Shown in pieces: positions 53,010 through 64,000 of a stretch of DNA of 64,000 nucleotides (within the stretch, counting starts at the first letter, position 1; the number at the start of each line of letters is the position of its first letter). Position numbers and translations under genes: made by a program. The notes below the pieces were generated by a model. The model was not told where the DNA came from and searched no databases. It worked only from the letters and a program-made list of their open reading frames with translations. Source of the DNA: Chiloscyllium plagiosum (lineage: Eukaryota); assembly GCF_004010195.1 (NCBI RefSeq), contig NC_057751.1, positions 2,178,434 to 2,242,433 of the forward strand, read 5' to 3'.

Positions 53010-56000
53010 TCTCCTGGTTATATTAACATTGTTGTTCATCACATGCATGAATACATTGGTTAACTGCATTTCAGACCTGCAGTGATGGATGGGCTCACTC
53101 TGGTGCATCTGTGATGTTGACATTGTCATGGACAGGATGTTCAGTGAAGTGGTCACACCACAGGTGAAGCCTGGAACACCAGAAAGGGAATGGGAAACAA
53201 CTAGGCACAGTGGTGGAAAGCAGGTAGACCCCTGTGGCCAACTATTTTTGGTACTGTTAGACCTGACAACATTTCAACAGACAGTTCATGGCAACATGGG
53301 TGGCTCTGGTACACAAGAGGGGAGGAAGAGGAATGGCAGGGCTATAACCAAGGTGATTCAATAGTAAGGGGAAGAGTCATGCGTTTCTGCGGCCACAAAA
53401 GAGATTCCAGGATGGTATGTTACCTCTCTGGTGTCAGGGTCAAAGATGTTTTCGAGAGGCTATAAGGCATGCTGAAGGGGAGGAGGGTAAACTGCCAGTG
53501 GACATGGTACATATCTGTAGCAACATCCATATGTTAAAAAAAGTGATGCAGAATATAGGGAGTTAGGATGTAAATTAGAAAGAAGGACATCAAACGTAGT
53601 AATCTCAGGGTTATACCAGTGCCGCATATGAGCGAGAGTCAAAACAGGGTATACCAGATGACTCTGGCAGTGGGGAAATGCTACAGGAGGGAGCAGTTCA
53701 GACTTTGGGGACATTCGGACCTGTTCTGGAGAAGAGGGGGCTGGTACAGGTAGAACAGGTAGTATCTGAGCAAGACTGGGATCAATGTCTTTGGAGCTAG
53801 GGTGGGGGATTTCAAGACAAGGGGGCATATTTTTAAAGTGAAAGGAGAAAGATTTTAAAAAGACATGAGGGGCAACGTTTTTACACACAGAGTGGTTCGT
53901 GTGTGGAATGAATTTCCAGAGGAAGTGGTGGATGTCGGTACAGGTACAACATTTAAAAAGGGATTTGGTTAAGTACATGGAGGGATATGGACAAAGTGCA
54001 GCCATGGGGGACTAGGTTAGTTTGGGATTATGGTTGGCATGGAGGTTGGACCGAAAGATCTTATTCCATGCTATGAGACTCATAATATGAGTGTTTGTTT
54101 GTGCTGTCGGGAGGGTTTAAACAAAAATGGCAGGGGAATGGGAACCTGAGCAGGGAGAGAGAGGATGGAGAAACAATGATAGAAACAAAAGACAGAAAGA
54201 TAAGAAGCAAAAGTGGAAGACAAAAAATGATAAGGCCAAAAAACAAATGGGGCCATATTGCAAAACAAAAAAATACAAAGTACGGAAAAAAACGTATCAA
54301 GGTTTTGCTGGTGTGAGCGATTCCAATAAAATAGATGAACTTGCAATGCAAAAAGATTCAAATAGTTATGATACAGTTGTGATTACAGGGACATTGCTTT
54401 GGGGTTACCAAGGATGGGAAACTGAATATCCAGGGATGTTTTTTATTTAGGAAGAATGACAAAAAGGGAAAGGAGATTGGGTAGCATTGGGTAATAGACA
54501 AAAGTGAGTACTGTAGATGCTGGAGATCAGAATCAAGATTAGAGTGGTGCTGGAAAAGCACAGCAGGTCAGGCAGCATCCGGGGAGCAGGAAAAAGCTCT
54601 TCACTAGGAATTGAGTAACAGTTAAGAAGGATGATGGATCAGATGATGTGGAATTTGTATGGATGTAGGTAAGAAACTCTGGTACAGATTAAAGGAAGGC
54701 AATGAACAAAAAAATCAGAGATGAATGTGATCAGAGTACAACTGTAATCATGAGTGACATTCATTCACACAAAGATATGACAATCAAACTAACAACAGTA
54801 CTGCGGAAGAGGATTTCCTAGATTGTGTATATGATGGTTTAATTAATAATCTTATTGTGAGGGGTCCTTGGGAAAGAATGACCATAGTATGGTAGAAATC
54901 TTTATTAAGCTAGAGAGTGAAACAGTTGAATCCAAAACTTAGGTCCTGAATGCAAAAAAAGGGAACTATGAGTGTATGAGGTATGAAGTGGCAAGGTTGG
55001 ATTGGGAAATCATACTGAAGGGTTTGATTATGGATAGATAATGGTTTATATTTAAACAACAGCTGCATGAATTATGATCCACCAATGCTTCCAATATTTC
55101 CAGGACCATTTCCATTAGTCCTCTGGGAAGTAGATTTCAGATCCTGGTGATATGCTAGCTTTCAACCTCTTTAATTTCCCCAACACTATTTTCTGATCAA
55201 TACTGATTTCCTTCCAGTTTTCCCTCAACAAGAGGGCAAGAACAACAAGAACTATTTATTCCTGTCTGGCACAGAAGTAAAAAAAAAAATGGAAAGGAAC
55301 ACAAAGGAATTAGGGCAAGTATTAGATCCAAAGAGTAGACATATAAAATTGACAAAAGAAGCAAGCCTGAGGACTGGGAGCATTTCAGAATTAAGCAAAA
55401 GAGGGCAAAAAGTTTGATCAAGTGAAGGAAACTAACGTATGAGAATAAAATTGTAGGGAGCACAGAAACTGACCATAAAAGCTTCTACAAATTGTTGCAC
55501 CAAGGAGACGGATAGCTGAACCAAATCAGCCTTTCCACTTCTATATTTGCAACACAGTAAAATTAATCCATTGAAGACTCCCAAATCGTCACTCCAATGG
55601 TTGCTTACCAGACTTATTAATACCAATTCGGTCCTTTGAAGATAATTAAACTTCAGATGCTTGTTTTGTAACTTACACAAAAGATTTCATATGATACACA
55701 ATAACTTTAGCAAAGAAAAAAATGGACAACTTGATTCATGTGTGTGCTTTACCTTGAAACATATATTTTCAGTCCCCTTTCATTCAAACACATTTAGGGA
55801 TAATGTGGTCACGTTATTTAAATTGCTTACACAATGTATTGTTTGACTGCAATTAATGTCAACTCATGGCTGCTTTTTTGAAATGTTGATCAGACTCACC
55901 CTCTCAGTTCACCTAAGTAAAAACAGCAATCATCGAATTCAGTTTTTTACTCTTTGGGCTTCCAGAAGCTGTGCATCAGACAAAGCAGGGAATGTTCAAA

Positions 56001-57975
56001 TCTTCATATTCTCTCAGCAGCAACCTGGAACCATCTCCTTTGAAAACCATAGTTAAAAAAAAGTATAATTCTGGTTTTTCTTTGATAGGTTGATTGATTC
56101 TTCCCAAAGTTTCAATTGCCATTCAAGAACTGCCATTTGCTTGAAGACAGGGTGTCTTCCACACTTGCTCGAACCAACTGTCACATTTTAACCTCAATAA
56201 CAGCTATCTGTTTCACAAAATCTCTTCCCAATGTCACTGTGTCTGTTAGAACATTTCAATCCAAGCTCAACCTTCAATTAGCTCCCAGGCCTCATAAACA
56301 TAGAAAACATGTTTGATCTGTCCTTTTCTTTTTTCCACAAGCTGCCCCAAAATCTACCCACCACTTCCTGCTCACAATTCAAAATTGATTAAAAAAAACA
56401 AAAATGATGAAAATAATCATCGTGGGTTTTAACAAAATATGTGAAGAGGAGAAGATTAGTAAAGGCAGACGCAAATGTAAGTCTCTTACAGTCTGAAGCT
56501 ACCAAAATTATAATGAGAAACCAAGAAATGGTCGAAGATTTGATTCTGTCTTCACAGAAGTGGGCACAAATAACTTCCCAATCACCAGGATCTGAAATCT
56601 GCATCCCAGAGGGCAAATGGAAGTAGCCTGTAAATAATGGAAGCACTGGTGCATCATATTTCAAAATTCCATAGACTCAGAAAAAGTTTTCACACGTCGG
56701 AGGGTGACAGATGAAACCCAATGATTGAAAAAGGGAGAGAAGAAACAAAATTACAGACCAGCTTGTCTGACATAAGTAGTGTGGAAAATACGAAGAGTGC
56801 ATAATAAAAGATTTGATAATTGAAGGTTTGGAAAGCATTCACAGGATTGGACAAAGTCAGCACACGTTGATAAAAAGTAAATCATGCTTAACAAATCAAA
56901 TTGAATTTTCTGAGAATATAACTAGTAGACCAGATAAGGGAGAACCAGTGAATGAGGTGTCTTTGGATCTGCAGAAGACTTTTGACAATGTCCTTTATAA
57001 CAGGTCAGTGACCAAAGTTAAAGCAAGTCAGATAGGGGTTAATATGTTGGCATGGAGTGAGGCATGGTTGACAGACAGGAAACACTGAGAAGTTATGGGT
57101 CATTTTTCCAAGTGGTAGGCATTATATATTGTGTATCACAAAGATCAGTGCTTGGTTTGCTGATTCCACAAAACTTGGTGAAATTGTGAGGAGAATGCAA
57201 GAAGGCTTCCAGGTGATTTAGACAAGTTGAATGAATGGGTAAACATATGCCAGCTGCTGTACAATCTGGCTAAATGTAAAATTATTTGATGTGAAAACCA
57301 GATAGGCAGAGTATCATTTCAATGATGACTAGGAAATGTAGATGTACAAAAGGATCTTGGCATCTTTGTACACCAGTTAAGAAAGTAGATGGGCACATGC
57401 AACAAATAATTACAAAGGAAAATGGTATAATGGCCTCCGTTGCCAGAGGATCTAAAGTCAAAAGGAGGAATCTACTATTGCACTATTGCCTTGGTAAAAT
57501 CACACCTGGAGTACTGCGACCTAAGACAGGATGTACTTCCAACATAGAAAGGGCAATGGAGGCTCATCAGGCTGAGACTGAGGATGGTAGGATGCCATAT
57601 GGGGAGAGATTGGTCCAACTGGGGCTGTACTCACTGGACCTTAGAAGGATAAGAGGGGATCTGAGTGAAGTGAACAACATTCTAACAGGACTGGACAGAT
57701 GAGATGCATGGAGAATGTCAGTGTGAAGACCAAAACAAGGGAACTATTTCAAGACAGAGGGTAGATCATTTGTATCTGTGAACCTAAGAATACTCTAACA
57801 TAGAAGGCTATAGAAGTCGAGTCACTGAATATTTTCAAGACATGGGTAGATTTTTGATTTTAAAAGTGTTAAGAATATGGGAGAAAGTGAGAATTTGGCA
57901 CTGAGACAGAGGATCAGCCAGATCATATGAAAAGAGGAGCAGGCTCACAGTTGCTGTTGCTCATAGTTTCTATGT
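53010..57975 (+). mobile_element. Old near-full-length CR1 (ORF1 SGNH/GDSL esterase + ORF2) with nested insertions
   Basis: GDSIVRG..RFCGHKRDSRMVC.L.GVRVKDV near 53350-53450 (ORF1 esterase); RT remnants at 56600-57700. Nested short CR1 3' end (~53797-54085), family A element (~54497-54610) and LTR-like block (~55493-56420). Confidence 0.75.
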
Positions 57976-59052
57976 TTCTGCTATTACACCAATGATTGCA
58001 CTTTGATAGGTTGAATCTTCTAATGTTATTCCTATGATTCTTGTGGGTGAAGAGTTGCTTTCTGAATTCTCTTCCTTTGAAGGTGTCCATTCAGAGTGTA
58101 GGTCCAAAATGAGATGGCGCCTTCTGATAACACATTGTGTGTTTAAAGCCACTCTTGACTTGATTGATAAGCAAATGATTTTGCTGGTGCTAATGGATAC
58201 TGAATCTGTGCTTGAAGGTAACTACTCAATTTGATGAAGAGCAAAATCCAACAGACAATCAACTGTAATTTCAGCACTGAAGATTTCTTTGAAACAAAGT
58301 TAGGGTATTTTGTACACATTGTCAAAGCGTCAATCCAGGAGATCCATCAAGCCAAAGTACAGCAAAACTACAGCAAAACACAAAAGAATTAAAAATTTCT
58401 GAACATTAGGAGATTATGTCTTTCTTCCTTTAAGCCACCAATGAGAATGATCGTGGTTGATTCTGGGGTTCAACTCAACATTTCCAAATGCTCCCCATAT
58501 TCCTTATTTTCCTGGGAGACCAAAAAATCTGTCCTTTCCAACCATCCAATTTTAAATGTATCCAACATATAAACACTAATTGATACCCTGTGGGGGAGAG
58601 AATTCCAAACATTCCCAAATTGATAAGTGAAGAGACATGTCCTTAGCTTTGCTCAAATTATTGTCCACTTATCTTGGGGTTATGCCCCTGTATGTTCAAT
58701 TTCCCCAGCTGGGGGAAAAGCCTCAGGAAGTCTACTGAGTTTTAATGAGATCAACTTTCACTCTTCAAAGTTGAGAGAACATATACCAGATTACCTCAAG
58801 CCTCTGATCAAAGGGTAAACCTCTCAACTCAGGCACGAATTGAGTGTGCCTTCACTATATGATATTACATACAAGTATATTCTTCATTAAATAAAGAGAA
58901 CAAAATTGTGCACTGTACTGAAGGCTTGGTCTGATGACAATGTAATATGATTATAAAGAATGTCTGGATTCAACTGAATGCCAATGGTAGAACTGGGAAT
59001 GAGTTGCGAGTGTTGCACAGAATGCAGATTGATGGCTGCAGGGCAGGAGGCA

Positions 59053-59320
59053 AGTCATAGAGTTATACGGCACGGAAACAGGCCCTTCGGTCCAACTCGT
59101 TCATGGTGACAAATCAATCTTGTCCCATTTGCGAGTATTTGGTCCATAAAGCTTGAAACCCTTTGTACTCATGTACCCATCCAGATGCCTTTTCAACGTT
59201 GTAATTGTACCAGCCTCCTCCACTTCCTCTGACAGCTCATTCTTTACACGCTCCACCCTCTGCATGAAAAAGTCATCCCTCAGGTCCCTTTTACATCTTT
59301 TTCCTCTCATCTTACACCTA
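59053..59320 (-). mobile_element. CR1 LINE 3' end
   Basis: Minus ORF RDLRDDFFMQRV..TLKRHLDGYM plus 3' UTR. Confidence 0.85.
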
Positions 59321-59561
59321 CCCAGTTAATTTTTGTCTCTTTCCACAAATCTTCAAATATTGATATCTTTCTTCCTTCTCAGTCAGAAGATGGTTGGTTC
59401 AAGTTTCACTCTAAGCCTTGACTGCATCCTTTTACTCACAGAGTGATTAATAAAGCTTACAAAGGTGAAACTTGCACAGTAACAAAGATTACAGACATCT
59501 ATGTGCCAATACATCTGCATGGAAATGCAAAGAAACTTCTGACATTTAAAAATAACACTTT

Positions 59562-60830
59562 GTTAGAATATTATGAATTAATTGGAGACAGCTGTTATAT
59601 CATCTGAAACATGAACTGTTCTGCTCACATAGTAAGATTAGGTTTACCAAAGCTTTACCAAATACATAACATTACAACATGGGGAGGGACAGCTGACCCA
59701 AATCAGCTTTTCTACTTCCGTATTCACAACACAATAAAATTAATAATCTTCAAAGACCCTCAAAATTGACAAAATTAATGGTCCCTAACCAGACTTTTGA
59801 ATAACCAATGCCAGACTCTGTGAATAATCAATTTGCAACACCAAGTCTGTAGCTTAAACAAAGGACTGAGCAATTTCTTCACAATATAGCAACTTTAATA
59901 GAAAAAAATTAAACAACAAAAATAAGGTAATTGGTCACTAAAATAAAACAAAGAACTGCACATGCTGGAGATCTGAAACAAAAAGAGAAACGGCTGCAAA
60001 ACTAACAGATCTGGCAGCATCTGTGAGGAGAATGCAAAATTAACATTTTCAGCCCAGTAACTCTTAGTCAGCAGATGTGAAATATTAACTCCGTTTTCTC
60101 CACACAGATGCTGCCAGATCTGCTGAGTTTCATCAGCAAGTTCTGAAACCTAATTGGTCCAAGCTGTAAACGCATAAACCTTTGTTTTCAGTACCATTCA
60201 AAGGAAAGACAAACACATTTGATGAATAAATAAAAGAAAATAATAAAACTGGCAAGATTAATTAGCTGGTTTTCACAATGCGCTATTCCACAGCCGTAGA
60301 TGTTGACTTCTTGGTTGTTTCCTGAAGTTACTGATCAGGGTCACCATTACAGTTCATTCAGGTAAGGGCAGTCATACTTCTAACTGAGTTTTATATTCTT
60401 CAATCTTCAAAGAACTACTCACGGGAGGTTGGACAGGGAGCTTTCAAATCTCTATGCTGTAGCATCAACTACCAGATTCCTTTTGCCACAGAAAACACAG
60501 ACTAAAACCCAAGTCAAACTTAAATACACCCTGGCAGACTGACCGTCTCCCTGGCACACTGACCTTCTTCTCCATGAGGTCCCAGTTACCATTCAACATC
60601 AGCCATCTGTTTGAGCATAAGGTCTTTTCCAGAATTGCTGGAACCAATTCCCAGGTATTGACCTCATTAATCGCCAATTTCTGCTATCTGTTAAAACATA
60701 GTGAGCTTTCCTGGTGATGAAATGTCTGCAAAACCTTCGAATCAAGAGTCAATCTTTAATTAACTTCAGACGTGGCCTCACAAATAGACCAAAGCTTGTT
60801 TGGACTATTTTCCTTTTAACACACGCTGTT
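59562..60830 (-). mobile_element. LTR-like segment related to 55493-56420
   Basis: Shared block gacagctga.ccaaatcagc.ttt...cttc..tatt..caacaca.taaaattaat; begins TGTTA. Right boundary uncertain. Confidence 0.4.
59937..60150. mobile_element. Older fold-back Penelope-derived element
   Basis: Inverted cagatctggcagcatctgtg / cacagatgctgccagatctg arms. TSD TAATTGGTC at 59928-59936 and 60151-60159. Confidence 0.7.
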
Positions 60831-61479
60831 ACCCAGAAGTCTTCTTTAATCCACAGTTAGTGTTTCACAGCTGCAAACCAAAACTAATGGAATAAAATAA
60901 AATTAATGAAAAATCAGCTAGGGTTTCAACAACAAAGGCTTATATCTCAATGAAGCGTGTTCTTATTTTGAGTTAGGCATCCTATTTCTCCAGGTCCTGA
61001 CCCGTGGAGACTGGACCAATCAGAACTATGGAGATGTTCCAACTGATTACAGGTGCACCTTGAGATTGCCAGATATTAGAAGAATTTGGATTTGGCATTG
61101 AACAGAATATGATGCCCCTAAAAAAAGACAGTAAATATTCCTTCTCCTAATCCTGAGGATCCAATGTGCTGGATTGAACACATCATGGTAACGCAACTGA
61201 GTTTCCAGAGAAAAGTATTTTTGTTTATATGTATCATTTTTCATAACGTCACAATCTCCCAAAACAATTCACAGGCAATGAACTTATTTTTGAAACAAAA
61301 TCACTGTTGTAATACAGAAAATATGGCAGCCAATTTAGATATAGCAGGCTGCCACCATAATGAGATAAAGACCAGAGACTATCTTTCTGATGATCTTATT
61401 TGAGGGATAGGTATTCTTCTCTCTAAGTTGTTATCTTGGGTGACCAGCTTTGGGGAGCAAGCATATTTTATGATTCAGT

Positions 61480-62530
61480 CGTGGAATGTGGGATAACTGA
61501 CTGGGTCACCATTTATTGACCATCTTAATTGACTCTTTGAGGAGCTGCTGGTAAGCTGCCTTCTTGAACAACTGCATTTCACTTGCTGAAGGTAGACCTT
61601 CAGTGCCATTAGAAAGAGAGTTCCAGTGTACTGGCATGGTGGCACTGAAAGAACGTTGAAACGTGTCCAAGTGAGTGGCTTGGAGGATCACTTGCTGGTG
61701 GAGATGTTCCCACATATTTGATACCCATGTCCTTCTAGGTGGAAGTGGTTGTGGGGTTAGAAGAGGTTCCCTCAGGAGCCTTAGTGAATTTCTACAATGA
61801 ATCTTGTAGATGGTACTCAATGCTATTACTGAGTGTTGGTGATGGAAGGAGTGAATGTTTATGGATGTGGTACCCATCAAGCAGACTGCTTTGTCCTGAA
61901 TGCGGTTGAGTTTCTTGAGTATTGTTAGACTTACACACACCCAGGCAAGTGGGAGCATTCCGTCACACTCCTAACTTGTTCCTCATAGATGGTGAACAGG
62001 CATTAGGGAAATCAGGTAGTGAGTTACTTGCTGTAGGATTCCTGGCCTCTGACCTGCTCAACACAACTGTATTTATATGGTGAGTCCAATTCAGTTTCTG
62101 GTCAATGGTATCCCCCAGGATGTTAATAGAGGGAGATTAAATAGAGGGAGACTGCCATTAAATATCAAAGGACAATGGTTACATTCTCTCCTGTTGCAGA
62201 CGGTCAATGCACTTGTGTGGCATGAATATTAACTGCTACTTGTTCATCCAAGCCTGGGTATTGCCCACATCTTGCTGCATCTGAAGGTGAAATGCTTCAG
62301 TATTGGAGGAAACATGAATCATGCCAAACATTATGCAATCATCAACAAACATCCTCACTTCTGACCTTAATGATGGAGTGAAAATCATTGATGAAGTAAT
62401 TGAGGATGATTATGCCAAGGACAGTCTTCTAAGGATCTGCCGCAGTGATGTCCTGGAGCTAAGATGACTGACCTCCATGCAGCACAACTGCCTTCCTCTG
62501 TGCCAGATATCACTCTAATCAGCAAAAAAT
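61480..62530 (-). mobile_element. Old LINE (L2/Crack/Daphne-like) 3' fragment
   Basis: Minus ORF PLAW...LKKLNRIQDKAVCLMG...HSFHHQHSV...IYKIHC...RSF......WNSL, a typical non-LTR RT C-terminus. Confidence 0.7.
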
Positions 62531-63353
62531 TTCCCATAGTTGAACACCTCACTTGACATCTCACATGACAAGGCACCTCAGAAAGTGCAACAGTCCCTCA
62601 GTAGTGTTTTGACATTAAGTGCCCATATTTTAAGTTCCAATCTGTTGTAGAAATTCAATCACAGCTTTCTGACTTTCTGTGGATACAGAAATAAATGATG
62701 TCTGAATTCATTAGTTTCCCCTTGAGACAACTGGTAGTCAGGTAGATAGATTTTTTTGTGTGATCACAGTTCTCAGACAAAAGAAAGTAAAAGCTTAACA
62801 AACACGTTGACCTACTTGAGAAACTAACTTGATTTACATATCAAAAGCAAGTTGTGTGACCTTATCACTCGTTTTAAAGTCTTCCCCTGTTTGCATTCAA
62901 GGTCAGTAATTTCTTTAGGGAATCAAACAATTTTGTACATGTAAATGTGAGAGAAAGTCTTCACGGACGAAGGAAGCTGAATAATTCTAAACTGTGTCAT
63001 ATAGTTATCTGAAACCCTTTTTTAAAGCAATTGATAGGCTGTTAATGTTTGGAATTATTTTTATTCAGTCAGTGTTGAAAATATTCAGGGCTGGGTTTGT
63101 CAAATCTTTGATTGATAACTGAGTCTAGGATAATTGGCACTAGCCAAGAAAGTGGATTTGAGCCACAAATGAGATCAGAAATGATCTTACGAGTGGTAGA
63201 GAAGGTTTGATGCATTGAATAGGCTATTCCTGTTCTTTTTTTACAACAACTGACCACTGGATGGAATAGTAGAAGAGAGAAAGCATGTCTCAGAACTGTG
63301 TTTCGCTTGTGCATGACAAATTCATTGAAGATTATCTTGATTTGTTGTTGCAG

Positions 63354-63407
63354 GGTACTGGACCAAAGTTCAACACTTCTAAAGAACAGTCTCTCTGTCT
63401 GCCTGAG
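63354..63407 (+). CDS. GFRA1-like: GDNF family receptor alpha, 54-nt penultimate coding exon
   Basis: Acceptor tttgttgttgcAG and donor GTACAT. Phase 0/0, translating GTGPKFNTSKEQSLCLPE. Resembles the 18-codon penultimate exon of GFRA1/GFRA2 as recalled (e.g. GFRA2 EQGLKANNSKELSMCFTE), with an N-glycosylation sequon (NTS) and a Cys. Confidence 0.85.
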
Positions 63408-63749
63408 GTACATTTCAAATTTGATATGAGCTTTATACAAGACAAATTCTCCTTTGAGCAGGAAAGTGCAATGAGATTGTTTGGAACAGGATAAGTCTCA
63501 AAGGGTTTGACATGAAATGCTTTACCTTCAGCCCAAGAGCCATTTTCAGCATTAAGTCAAAGCACCTTGCCCACCCAGCTTCCAATAGAAGCAATGCAGA
63601 GTTCCTTTCAACTGCCAGGTTTGATTGCGACTGCTGTGGCCCAGACTATTCAGTTGAAATAAAACAGCAATAAGGTGTATTTCCACAGTATCCTTCATGT
63701 AGTGAAATATTCCAGGATGGTTCACAGAAGCATAACCATGTAAATTTGT

Positions 63750-64000
63750 CAATGAACCAGGCCAGGTGTTAGAATTAGAGGTAGGTGAGCACTTTGGGGA
63801 CAGTGACCACAATTCGGTGACTTTTACTCTAGTGATGGAGAGGGATAAGTGTGCACTACAGGGCAAGAGTTATAGATGGGGGCAGGGAAATTATGATGCT
63901 GTGAGGCATGACTTAGGATGTGTGGCTTGGAAAAGTAAGCTTCAAGGCAAGGGCATAATTGATATGTGGAGCTTGTTCAAGGAGCAACTATTGAGTATCC
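63750..64000 (+). mobile_element. CR1 LINE fragment running off the window end
   Basis: NEPGQVLELEVGEHFGDSDHNSV (APE C-terminus). Confidence 0.85.

Noticed and set aside
3684..60150. Strand bias suggesting selection against sense-strand active hammerheads in the GFRA pre-mRNA
   Set aside because: Copies on both strands carry defects and numbers are too small to support a bias.

Overview
Repeat-rich vertebrate DNA, almost certainly a shark. This is inferred from HE1-type V-SINEs with (ATCTA)n tails, abundant CR1 LINEs and Penelope-like repeats. The whole window lies inside one + strand gene for a GDNF family receptor alpha (GFRA1-like; paralog uncertain). Four coding exons with canonical AG/GT sites and mutually compatible phases are visible: 28078-28187, 35544-35678, 39396-39580 and 63354-63407. 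The upstream exons and the final GPI-signal exon are not in the window. The introns hold CR1, Rex/Babar and older LINE relics, V-SINEs, DeuSINE-like relics, three Tigger/pogo-type MITEs, LTR-like segments and two assembly gaps. Most notable: (1) at least three families of short Penelope-derived insertions carrying minimal hammerhead-ribozyme motifs, usually inserted as fold-back inverted structures with 9-16 bp target-site duplications (TSDs), including one site hit twice; (2) a tRNA-Ala(AGC) / tRNA-Glu / V-SINE head-to-tail trimer leading into a CR1. Repeat family names and protein comparisons are from recognition and memory, not database searches. Boundaries of old repeats are approximate.
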